From Hyaloraphidium curvatum SAG 235-1 (Eukaryota > Fungi > Monoblepharomycota): a DNA stretch of 64,000 bases. Below the pieces are notes generated by a model, which saw only the letters and a program-made list of their open reading frames with translations, did not search any database and was not told where the DNA came from. Where the stretch lies: assembly GCA_025558095.1 (NCBI GenBank), contig JAIVFI010000022.1, forward strand, positions 558,001-622,000, written 5' to 3'. Shown here piece after piece: positions 25,305 to 35,311 of this stretch. The first letter of the stretch is position 1, and each line of letters opens with the position of its first letter. The position numbers and the translations under genes were made by a program.

Positions 25305-26849
25305 ATGGGGCCTGGCGACGGGTCCGATTCGGGCGAGACGGTCGAGCCGCTCTTTGGCGGCTTCGATGGCGGTCAGGGCGGCCGCGAGGACGACGCGGAG
25401 GCGGCGGGCGGCCGGCGCCCGCTCGGCTGGGCCTTCTGGACGTCGCTCGTCCTCGCGCTGCTCACCGTGCCGATGGCCGTGTCGCTGCTCGTTCTCGTCG
25501 TTTTGAACTACGATGCGGCGTCGGCCCCGCCCGCCGCTCCCGGAGTGGCCCCCGCGGCGGCCTCTCCGCCGCCGGCTACCTCTTCCGAACACCCGACACA
25601 CACATTGCCCAATGCCGGCGAGCCCGGGAAAATCATCGAGCTGCCGGTGAACTGGACGGGCGACGCGGGCGTGGCGCACTTGCTGTACTACAACACCTCG
25701 TTCGCGCCGGTAATGGGCCTGCCGCCGGCCCCGTGGAACCCGCGCGTGTTCCGCTTCGGCGACCCGCGCAAGCCGCTGGGCTTTCCCGACGCAGGCCTCA
25801 CTTGCCGCGTGTTTTCGCTGCCCGACGAGCCGCTGCAACTCGTTGCCGCGCAGCCGCTCGTCGACCTGCACGGCGGCGTGGAGCTGGTGCACCACATTGA
25901 CATCTACGCCTGCAACGACCTGATCGACCAGCTACCCGAGGACTCGTACGCGCCGCATTCGCGGTGCCCCATGGTCGACCAGTTTGATCGCCGCGGGCCG
26001 TGCTGGAACCTCATGTTCGCGTACGACCGCGGCGCTCACGGCTTCGTGTTTCCCAACAGCACCGGCTTCCCCGTCGGCAAGGGCACCCCCATCACGCGCC
26101 TTGCGCTGGAACTGCACTACCTCGCCCCCGAAAACTGGCCGTCGAACCCGCTGGCCGTCACCGGCGCATGCGACGTCTCGGGCTTCCGGCTCGACCTCGT
26201 CCGCCGCTCCCTCCTCCGCCCCGTCACCCTGGGCAGCACCGCCTTCGTCGCCACGGAATTCAACGTGCCCCCCTCCCGGGGCCTGTGGCAGCTCCGCGCG
26301 GACTACTCCCCCGCGCAGCTGTGGTCCCGCCTCGCCTCCGACTTCCGGGCGGCCCCGAACCGCACCCTCACCCTCGTCGCCGCTCACCTCCACACGCACA
26401 ACTACTCGGTCGCCTCCTACCTCGAACAATACCGCGGCGGGCGCTTGCACCGCCGCATACGGACCCACGGGCGGGGCGGGTACGGCGCCGTGCAGTCGTT
26501 CGAGAGGATGCCGCCCGTCCGCCTGAAAAAGGGCGACGGGCTGAGCTACACCTGCATCTACGATACCTCGGGCCTGCGGGAGGCGCTGGGCCCGCATCCC
26601 GCCGCGGGCGACAAGGCACGGACCGGGGTGGGGTACTCGCTCAACGCCGGTGGGGAGATGTGCGCGCCGCTGATGCTGTACGCGCCGTCGCTGGGGGGGA
26701 AGCCGGTGCTTGGGACCAACTACGACTCGACGGTGGGGTTCTCGGGGCCGTTCAGGGGGAAGCTGGAGGATCTGGAGAGGGCGGACTGGGAGGAGAGGGC
26801 GGCGCGAGACAGAGGGGACTGGGCGAGGGAGGCCGGGTGGTTGGATTGA
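25305..26849 (+). CDS. Copper type II ascorbate-dependent monooxygenase (DBH/PHM-like) with N-terminal membrane anchor
   Basis: VHHIDIYAC, LELHY, HLHTH and GEMC copper-ligand motifs; single N-terminal TM; intronless. Confidence 0.85.
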   Translation: MGPGDGSDSGETVEPLFGGFDGGQGGREDDAEAAGGRRPLGWAFWTSLVLALLTVPMAVSLLVLVVLNYDAASAPPAAPGVAPAAASPPPATSSEHPTHTLPNAGEPGKIIELPVNWTGDAGVAHLLYYNTSFAPVMGLPPAPWNPRVFRFGDPRKPLGFPDAGLTCRVFSLPDEPLQLVAAQPLVDLHGGVELVHHIDIYACNDLIDQLPEDSYAPHSRCPMVDQFDRRGPCWNLMFAYDRGAHGFVFPNSTGFPVGKGTPITRLALELHYLAPENWPSNPLAVTGACDVSGFRLDLVRRSLLRPVTLGSTAFVATEFNVPPSRGLWQLRADYSPAQLWSRLASDFRAAPNRTLTLVAAHLHTHNYSVASYLEQYRGGRLHRRIRTHGRGGYGAVQSFERMPPVRLKKGDGLSYTCIYDTSGLREALGPHPAAGDKARTGVGYSLNAGGEMCAPLMLYAPSLGGKPVLGTNYDSTVGFSGPFRGKLEDLERADWEERAARDRGDWAREAGWLD

Positions 26850-26998
26850 TCAGGAGTCCAAAGTGGTAATTCGATTACCAAGCTTCGAGTCTGTCCCAGC
26901 ATCTGCGGCGGTCCTGAAACAATAGAAGGTTCCTTTGCCTGCCTATCGACGCTTAGTCGAAGATATAGCAGGAAAGTGACCATATCCAAACACACCCA

Positions 26999-28085
26999 TC
27001 AAGTGCTCCGCGCGGATAAGTCGACGTAGCGCGTCATGGCGTAGTCCATGGTAAGAGGTTCTGCCGGATACGGCTTTGCTTTGCCGGCCTGACCGCCCAT
27101 GTACCAATGCGTCCCCGGTTCTTTCTTCCCATTGATGCAGTCCATGTAGAGATCAGCGAGCCTGCAAGGCAAGGTCAACCGATGAAGAGCTACAAGAAAG
27201 CAGGGCCAGATTGCCTACTTATCCATTGGAGTCCAACCTGCACCATTCGCAGTCGCAGGTCCCCAATCAGGGTCATGTTCCACGTCCTTTGGGGTCTTAA
27301 AGCCGGCCTTAACCCATATGCTTGACCAAACGTAGCCTGGCAAAATCGTATAGTAACGACATTTGTTGTCCAGTTTGTTAGCGAGGCCCTGCATCTGGCC
27401 GACGTATGAAATCTGGCCCGCCTTCGCCACGGGATCTGTGATATTGCTTAACATCAACAACAGAATTCGGGGGGCAACAGTATTGCACGCACAGTATGTT
27501 GAATCGTGGGCGCCAAAGAGGGGATACAAGGAGTGGATTCCGCCACCAGATGAGGTGACAACGTAGACACCCGGAGTTCCAGTCTTTGTCCAGTAGTGCG
27601 ATGCGAGGTGGCCAATGAGCATGTTCCCCCAGAGGTTTCCCACGAGGCCGCTCTTGAGGGAGTCAAACTCGCCCGACTCGATCTCGCGCTCAGCGGCGTG
27701 CAGCGCCGGTTCCGCGTATCCCGAGTTCGCCACGACCACATCGACGCCGCCGAACTTGTCCAGCGCCGCCTGGAAGCACGACCGGATGCTTGTGTCGTCC
27801 ACCAGGTCCATCCTCGCGAACGCGACGTCGCCGTCGGTCTTGCCCAGCTTCGTCTTGAGCTCGGAGATGGCCTTGGCCGCCACCTTTTCGTTGCGGTTGG
27901 CGATTAGCACCTTGTATCCTTCCCCGAGGAGACGCTCCACGACCGCGAGGCCGATGCCCTAAGGTGGGGAGGGGGACCGGAGACGGTTTGAGTTCCGAGT
28001 CGCGCCCACAGTGCGGCGGCGTTCCCCGTGCCTCGCTGCCGCCGGTGACGATTGCGACGCGTGATTTCGGTTCGGCCGACGTCAT
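26999..28085 (-). CDS. Short-chain dehydrogenase/reductase
   Basis: VAIVTGGS/GIG split by an intron, DVVVANSGY, YC..KAG; three introns. Confidence 0.88.
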
Positions 28086-28353
28086 TTTATTGGAATAAGG
28101 GAGAGGCAAGGGAGATGCGGTGGATGTGTCTCCCGGAGGCGGACCGGGGAAGATTCCTCGGAACGCTCAGGCGGCTTGGGCCATGCTCAGCCAGTAGGGC
28201 CTCGTGGTACTTCTAGCTGCTTTTCGCACGGGTAGGCTTTCCCGCAGATGAGGGCCGCAACGGACCACATCCACTGACACATCAAGATGCGCCTGCCTAC
28301 ATTACATGTGTTCCTCAAGATTCGCCTACATTACGTGTGTTCCTTTCCTCCCA

Positions 28354-29490
28354 TCAATCGCTGGCCTTTGCTGCCTCGAGAGGGGGAAGGACCTCCGCCG
28401 CCCCGGTCTCGATCGCCGTTTCCGCCGCCCTCGAGAACATCGCCCAGAACATCGCGTCCCCGCGCTCGGTCCTCTTGACCACGTGGCACGCCACCACCGC
28501 CATCCACAGCCCGTGGAACTGCCCCGCGCGGAACTCATCCCAAGCCGTCTTCTCGTCCAGCTCCACGCCGTGCGCCGCGAGCCCGCTGCGGTACATCTCC
28601 AGCAGCCTCTTCTGCTCCCGCCTCCGAACTTCCGGGTCAGAGAAGCTGGCGCCGAGAAGGTATCCGATGTCGTTTCCGGGGCTGCCGGCGCACATTGTCT
28701 GCCAGTCCACGGCGACGCTCCATTCCGGGGCCGCGTCCGCGGGGGGATGGAACAGTATGTTGTCGATCCTGTAATCCCCGTGCTCGAGGGTGTAGAGCCC
28801 GGTGTTGATCGGGCGCAGGGCCCAACCATGCAGGCGCGGGCCGTAGAAGTCTCCGAGTTCGATCATCTCCGGCGTGAGCTTGTCGGCGTAGCGCTGCTTG
28901 AAGGACGGCCACACCGCGTTGAAGATGTTGGAGACTCCTTCGGCACGTTTGCGGACGGTGAGCTCCCCGGCCCAGTCCGTGCTCATGAGGTCCTCGGACT
29001 TCCAGAAGGAAGCGTGCATCTTGGCGAGGTACTCGACGGCGACCTCCACCGCCCGCACCGAGCATCCGACGACCTGGTCCCCCTGCACCGCGGGCGCCAG
29101 ATCCTCGAGCAGGAGCAGGTGTCCGCCGCGTTCCGGATCGAGCTCCGCGGCATAGCACTCGGCCACCTTGACGACGGCCCGGACCTTGTCGGCGAGCTTC
29201 CGGTAGAAGTTCGTCTCCCTGGTGTACGTGCTGCCGAAGCCGTTCCGCCGCGACGTCGGGTCCTCCGAGGCCATCTTGGCCACCAGCGTCCGCGGCGCAT
29301 CCTTCGGCGCGTCGGGGCCGTAGTCTATGGTGATCCGGGCCATGTCGCCGATTTGGCCCGTGCCGATGGCCTTGGCAGAAACCGACGTCGGCACCGCGTG
29401 GACATGGTGCGCCGCGAGGACACGCGCGAGCCACGCGGGCGAGATGTCCTCGGCGGAGAGCGGGAAGTCCGGGAACGACGGTGGCGCCAT
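28354..29490 (-). CDS. APH/EcKL-type small-molecule phosphotransferase, intronless
   Basis: AIGTGQIG, LVAK, RETNFY, LLLEDL, HGDYRIDNILF, VDWQT. Confidence 0.9.
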   Translation of the reverse strand: MAPPSFPDFPLSAEDISPAWLARVLAAHHVHAVPTSVSAKAIGTGQIGDMARITIDYGPDAPKDAPRTLVAKMASEDPTSRRNGFGSTYTRETNFYRKLADKVRAVVKVAECYAAELDPERGGHLLLLEDLAPAVQGDQVVGCSVRAVEVAVEYLAKMHASFWKSEDLMSTDWAGELTVRKRAEGVSNIFNAVWPSFKQRYADKLTPEMIELGDFYGPRLHGWALRPINTGLYTLEHGDYRIDNILFHPPADAAPEWSVAVDWQTMCAGSPGNDIGYLLGASFSDPEVRRREQKRLLEMYRSGLAAHGVELDEKTAWDEFRAGQFHGLWMAVVACHVVKRTERGDAMFWAMFSRAAETAIETGAAEVLPPLEAAKASD

Positions 29491-29658
29491 CGCGATTGGA
29501 GCGGGTTTGGGACAGAGAGTGGACGCGTTTCGGGCGGGGGACACTCGCTGCTGCCTCTTTCGGCAGAAGAAAACACGCTCGGCGGAGCGTCGATCCACGA
29601 AAAACATCTACGGAACATCCGAGACCAAGGATGCCGAGTTGCATTCGTGTGGTCTACC

Positions 29659-30258
29659 TCAGTCCCGCGCCGGCTTCCAAGGGGCTTGGCAGACCTTCTT
29701 GTGCTCGGGCCAGTCCCGGCGGAAGCAGTCCGACGAGCAATAGTAGGCGGTTTTGCAGCGGGAGCATGTCTGGAACGTGGATCTGTCCTTCGCGTACGCT
29801 TTGCAACCTTGGCAAATCGCCCCGAGCTTCTGTCCTCCTCCGGGCCGTATCCGGGCATGAGCTTCGCTCGGGCTATGCAGCGGCGCTTCACGGCCCGCTC
29901 GCATCCCTGGTACACGGGAAACACGTCCGAAACGACGTCGAACGGCCAGGGGGGGTAGAGGCCGCTGGTCGCGATCATGACCGTCGGTCCAACGCCGCAG
30001 CCAATGCAGAAGCGAGGCCTCAAGCGGAAAGCTTCGACCCGTGCTTCCTGCGTCAACGGCGAGGAAAGACGGACGACGACATCACACCGGTCTGCTCCCT
30101 CGGGGAAGTCGTCGTCGGTGAGCTGGATTCCGAGCGGCTGGCTTCGGTCGCCGAAAACGGGCTCGTCGGCGTCGGCAGGCCACGAGGAGCAGATACCAGC
30201 AGAGACCGCGAAAAAGTGTCCCCCTTCGGTGCCGCGAGTACCCAGGTGAGCCCGACAT
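29659..30258 (-). pseudogene. Frameshifted MYND-family copy closest to 12621-13220
   Basis: ICSSWPADADEPVFGD, RPRFCIGCGV, PPWPFDVVSDVFPVYQGC and a MYND finger ending KPARD, broken by two frameshifts; FPVC changed to FPVY. Confidence 0.8.
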
Positions 30259-30664
30259 TTTGGAGGGCAGTGATGACGTGTCGGACCGAGCGAGGCGAGC
30301 TTCTCGCGAATAACTGAACAGTTGAATCCGACGTAATCTTCCGGTCAACCGGAGAGAGGGAAACCTGTGGGAAATGGAGTTCACTTAAAGGCTGCCGAAG
30401 CTATAGAGCCGAGAAGCCCCCGCCTGGGTCGGTCTCGTTGGCTTCATGCTCGGCCGCCCGGTCGGAATAGTTCCAGCATATCCGTATGATCTGCTCGCGT
30501 TCTGTAACAGGAAACTTCACCGATTCTTGCTCGCACTGGCGGGATCGGACGGCATCCGGGCGCGTGACCGATTACGGCGGTCGATCGGTCCGAAGGGCCT
30601 CCCTCCAGTCGCTCCGCCACCTTTTCGAGTCAACAGTCCCAAACACCGGCCGGGATCCCCCGCA

Positions 30665-32015
30665 ATGCGACTCCGGCGGGCGGCGCTGGCGCTGCCTGCC
30701 CTTTTCTTCCTCGCGGGCGCCGCGCGCGGTGCGCCGCTGTCGGAGCGGCAGCTGCGGTTCGCCCCCCGCGAGCGCATCGAGGGAACCGACGCCAGCGAGT
30801 TCCTTTCCGGCACCTCGGGCAACGATGAGATAGTCGCCAAGGGCGGCGACGACAACGTGGACGCTCGGCAGGGCGGGGACGACGACATCAGCCTGGGCCC
30901 GGGGCAGGACTTTGTCAGGATGGGCAACGGCAAGGTGTCGGCCGGCTCTGGTGGGCACGTCGCGGCGCCGTCCCTGGCCGATCTCATCGGAGACCGCGGC
31001 GCCAACGTTGCAGGACACGACAACGTTAAGGGCTTCGGCGATGGGGAGCTCAACGCCAAGGGGGAGGGCGGCCAGGATATCCTGTTTGGATCGCAGCAGC
31101 CGACCGCCTTCAACAACCTCGACGGCGGCACGGAGAACGACATCCTCATCGGCGGGCCGCGGGAGGACAACCTGCTGGGCGGAGATGGTGCGGACCGGTT
31201 GTACGGGAAGGCCGCATCCGATACGATGAGGGGCGGGACGGGCAACGACTGGATGGAGGGCGGCGAGGTGCGTTTTCCCCCCGTACGGCTGTGCTGTTGC
31301 CCGTCAGACTGATTGTCCCTTTATTCCTCTTTGGCGCCTGCATCGGTTCGTGCCTTTTTTTGGACGCTGAAGGGCGACGACAACATCCGCGGGGAGGAAG
31401 GCAACGACTCGCTGTTCGGCCAGGAGGGCAAGGACACCATGGAGGGCGGCGAGGGCGACGACACCCTGGTCGGCGGCCCCGGCGGGGACCACATGGATGG
31501 CGGCACGGGGAACGACGCCATGTACTCGTCCGGGGAGGGCGACAACCTTATAGGCGGCCTGGGTTCGGACGCCTTCATCATCGCAACGGACCGGGTGGTC
31601 GACCCCGACATCATCCAGGACTTGTGGGTGCTTGATGTGGCTGGCTGTGGCCGTCGTCGAACGCTCACCCGTCCCGCCGTGCAGCGACCCGACGATGGAC
31701 CTCATCCGCTTGCCGACCCAGCTGGTCCCCGGCATCCGCTTCAACACCGAGGGCGACCCTTGGGTCGCCTGGGACCAGTACTTCACCATCACGGACGTTG
31801 GCGACGAGAAGGACCGCGCGGACCTCGTCGCCCCCGGCATCGTGCGGGAGCGCAAGACGGGCTGGGTGTTCTACTTCACCGACGTGACGGACCTGAACTC
31901 GTACCTGCGCATCGTGAGGGTGCTCCCCACGGGGACGGACATCACCAACAAGCACTTCTACATCCTCGACGCGGTGCCCGAGTTTGCGAGCACGATCCCG
32001 ATCTGGGCCATGTAG
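30665..32015 (+). CDS. Secreted protein with RTX/hemolysin-type Ca-binding nonapeptide repeats
   Basis: Signal-peptide-like MRLRRAALALPALFFLAGAARG; repeats GGDGADRL, GGTGNDWM, GEEGNDSL, GGEGDDTL, GGPGGDHM, GGLGSDAF; about three introns. Confidence 0.85.
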
Positions 32016-32217
32016 GGCGCGGCTGAATGTCTATTCAGGATGTCTATGTCTTTGTCATTTTGGTCAATATATCACGTGCAATGACTCTGTGAAAGGTGTG
32101 GCCGTGCGCAGGACCGGGGGATCGTCCGGAAAAAGGACAAGGCTCTATAAGACTTCTCAAGAGGCAGCCCAGTTGCTCTGCCCTCCTGGCTCCGACTCCC
32201 ATCGCCTCCGCCCAACC

Positions 32218-33861
32218 CTAAGGAACGAACGCGACCGGCGCCGCGTCGACTATCCACGCCTCCCCGTCGCCCACGTCCTCCAGCGGCGGCGGCTCGTCCC
32301 CAAGCTGCGCTCCCTGGCCCGGCGGCGGCGGCGGCACCTCCTCGAACTCGACCACCAGATCCTCCCTCCGCGCGCGCAGCTCCGCCAACCACCACTCGTC
32401 GTCCGCCGCCACCCCGCTGGCCCGCAATTTCCTGAGCGTGGGGCACGCGACGACGGCCTCGACCAGCGCGACGGGGTCGTACGACGATCCCGTAACGTCG
32501 AGCTCCTCCAGCCGCTTCAGCTGCCGCACCACCTCGGCGCCCTCGGGGGTGAACGCGTCGCCCATGACCGCCAGCACCCTCAGCGCGGGCAGGTGCGCGG
32601 CGAAGCACGCCGCGTGCGGGCCCAGGCCGCACGAGTCGAGGTGCAGCTCGGCCACGTGCGCGGGCAGGCTCCAGCTGATCCCGTCGCACTGCGGTGTGTC
32701 GAGGCGGCACAGCTCCATGCGCAGGGTGCGGAGGTTGAGGTTGTCGGCGAGGAGGCCGCCGAGGAGGTCGGCGGTGAGGGCGTCGAGGAGGACGTTGCGG
32801 AGGGCGAGGACGCGCAGGACGGCGGTGCGGATGCCGGGGAAGAAGGGGCGCGGGGGGGAGACGGGTTCGGGGAACTCGATGGCCAGGTGGGTCAGGCGCG
32901 CGGTGGCGCCGGGCAGGGTGGCCAGGGCGCGGTCCGTCATCCACGCGGGGAGGCCGAGCGTGAGCTTCTGCAGCTTGCGGAGGCGGCCGAACAGGCGGGC
33001 CAGCTCGCGGTCCGAGAACTGCGCGTTGATGGCCAGCTCGCGGATCCCGGTCGGGGTGTTCCTGACGACCGACTCGCCGAGGTCGGGCACGATGACGTCC
33101 GTGTCGATCGGCAGCTCCAGCACGTCCAGGTCCGGCCACGAGGCCAGGCAGGGCCCGAACACGCCGGGCCGCGGGGTGGCTGCGCGGTCGGCCAGGCCCA
33201 GCGCGCGCAGCGGCAGGCCGCGTGCGGCGGCGACGAGCTGCGACATGAGCGCCTCGGAGCGGGGCGGGAAGCGGCCGCAGATGATGCGGTTCAGGCCGAC
33301 GAAGCGCGGCACGTGCACGATCAGGCGGCGCAGGATGTGCACCAGCTCGTCCTCGACGCCGTGCCCGCCGCGCTCGGACGGAAGGCCCAGCAGCAGGTGG
33401 CGCACCGAGGCCGCGTAGAAGGCGCCCCGGGGCGAGTCCAGCGCGGCGAAAACCGGGTCCGGCGCTGCCCTGAGCTCGGGAGCGAGCACGAAGAAATCCG
33501 GCGAGGCAATGTGCGCCCAGATTCGCGGTGCGGCGACGCCGAACCACTGCTTGTTTACGCGCAGCAGGGGCAGCAGCGGGGCGCGCGAGGCCGGCCCGCA
33601 CGAGCAGAAGGCGCGCTCGAACACCGAGTACGGCGCGGCGGCGGCGCACGGCGGCTCGGCAAAGTCGCAGATGCGCGCGATCAGCTCGGACGGCAGCGGC
33701 GGGCAGCGGGGAGGCGCCGGGGGAGGGGGCGGTTGAGACGCCCTGGACGCCCGCGGGGGCGCCCGCCGCACCGAGCCCGCCCCGCCCGTCGCACGAGATG
33801 ACTGTCTCTTTGCGCCGGCAGCGCGGGAGCGCGGAATCCGGGGCTGATTGCCGTCGACCAT
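32218..33861 (-). CDS. F-box-like / RNI-type leucine-rich repeat protein
   Basis: PPLPSELIARIC, LLRVNKQW, repeated LxxLxL segments. Confidence 0.75.
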   Translation of the reverse strand: MVDGNQPRIPRSRAAGAKRQSSRATGGAGSVRRAPPRASRASQPPPPPAPPRCPPLPSELIARICDFAEPPCAAAAPYSVFERAFCSCGPASRAPLLPLLRVNKQWFGVAAPRIWAHIASPDFFVLAPELRAAPDPVFAALDSPRGAFYAASVRHLLLGLPSERGGHGVEDELVHILRRLIVHVPRFVGLNRIICGRFPPRSEALMSQLVAAARGLPLRALGLADRAATPRPGVFGPCLASWPDLDVLELPIDTDVIVPDLGESVVRNTPTGIRELAINAQFSDRELARLFGRLRKLQKLTLGLPAWMTDRALATLPGATARLTHLAIEFPEPVSPPRPFFPGIRTAVLRVLALRNVLLDALTADLLGGLLADNLNLRTLRMELCRLDTPQCDGISWSLPAHVAELHLDSCGLGPHAACFAAHLPALRVLAVMGDAFTPEGAEVVRQLKRLEELDVTGSSYDPVALVEAVVACPTLRKLRASGVAADDEWWLAELRARREDLVVEFEEVPPPPPGQGAQLGDEPPPLEDVGDGEAWIVDAAPVAFVP

Positions 33862-34119
33862 CGGGGGAAAAGGGTGTGGGAAAGGAGCCTGAGAGTGGAA
33901 CTTTGCCGCCGCCGCCGCCGCCGGACACTTCAGACGACGGGACGGCCTCTGAATAAGTCTCATCTAGTGAGATCTATTCCTCAGAAGTCCTCAGTAATGT
34001 CCCTTGGATGCCAGCATCACTGATTGGCCATCCGTGATCCGTCCACCGCGTCATGAAGCCCTCCACCTGATTTGCCCTCCTGTCCAGCTGCTCCAACCCG
34101 GCTCTGGTGTCCTCGATCC

Positions 34120-34794
34120 TCACAGCACCATCTCGTACGACTGCGGCACCCTGTACCCAGGGTTGCCCGCGGCGAAGAGGAATTGGTGCACGGCTGCGGC
34201 CCTCGCGTAGGCCTCGTCCATCAGCGCCGCCCCGCCCACGGCGAGCTGCTCCCCATTGCGGAGCACGAGCACGGTGGCGTAGGTCGACTGGTGGTTGATC
34301 CTCATGTTGGTCTTGCTCAGGGCGACGTTGGCCACGTCGGCGTAGGGCACGGTCCGGTCCTTCTTGAGGCACATGAGGAAACCGGGGTAGTTCGCGAAGG
34401 AGACCTCCTTCGCGGCCGAATCGAAGACCGTGTCGGCGGTTTCGAACAAGCAGCAGCCCATGCAGAGGAACGGGAAGGGCAGCATGAACACGGCGCCGAT
34501 GCAGCCGGGGTCCGTGTGCAGCGAGAGCTTCTTGCCGTCGGGCGAGCGGCAGATGCCCTCGGGGACGACTGCCGGCTCGGGCGTGCGGAAGTTGGATAGG
34601 GGCACGGGCTGCAGCGGCGCGCCGGCGGTCGGGGGGAACGGGTCCGCGGTGGGCGGGTACGGGTTGCTCGTCGTGGTTGTGGAGTAGACCGTGAACGACG
34701 TGAACGTCGCGGGCGCCGAGGCGGGGCCGGCGGTGCTGGCGTTGTACGGCGGGGGGGCGTCGAGCGGCGCGGGCGGCGCGGCCTTCTCGGACAT
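34120..34794 (-). CDS. PPPY-motif Cys-rich membrane protein, copy 1
   Basis: LDAPPPY, GCIGAVFMLPFPFLCMGCCLF; highly similar to 37102-37749. Confidence 0.8.
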   Translation of the reverse strand: MSEKAAPPAPLDAPPPYNASTAGPASAPATFTSFTVYSTTTTSNPYPPTADPFPPTAGAPLQPVPLSNFRTPEPAVVPEGICRSPDGKKLSLHTDPGCIGAVFMLPFPFLCMGCCLFETADTVFDSAAKEVSFANYPGFLMCLKKDRTVPYADVANVALSKTNMRINHQSTYATVLVLRNGEQLAVGGAALMDEAYARAAAVHQFLFAAGNPGYRVPQSYEMVL

Positions 34795-35311
34795 CGCGGC
34801 GGGGCGGTGGCGGGGGAGTTGCGGAGTCCGTGGAGCCGGTGCGGTCGAGCGGCCTATTGGAGGCGCGAGCTTATGGGGCCGACTGCCGGTTTTGAGGCGG
34901 AATGGGGGCCGGGGCGGGGCGGTCGCTGTGTGCGGCGGCGCGGCGGAAGATCCTCGGGCGGGAACAACATTGGGCGAATCACCCGCACTCAACGTAGCAG
35001 CCTGAGGACGGGATTGCCTTGAGGTTAGGTAGAGGAATCGCGCAAGATGACTTGATTCCGTTGTATCTGTGGAGGATTTATGGCCGACAAGACCGGTGGA
35101 CGGGTGTATCCAAGGGGGTTCAAATCGTGATGATGTTTTGTTTATGCGCAGGGTCATCTTCCCGTGCCTGCTCACATTCAGCTTCTCTCTCTCGCTGATG
35201 TAGTGGACGTAGATGGTGTAGGGTGATCAGCCGTAGAGGGGTGCATAGCCCCGGGAGGAGAGAACTGATGACGTTTCGAAGTTTCCAGGGGAAGCGGCCC
35301 CCCTCGCCCCC

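Noticed and set aside
11422-29490. Secondary-metabolite gene cluster
   Set aside because: Tailoring-type enzymes are present but no PKS, NRPS or terpene synthase core gene is in the window
31984-33928. 605-aa and 618-aa ORFs overlapping the F-box/LRR gene
   Set aside because: Shadow ORFs from high GC content; no motifs
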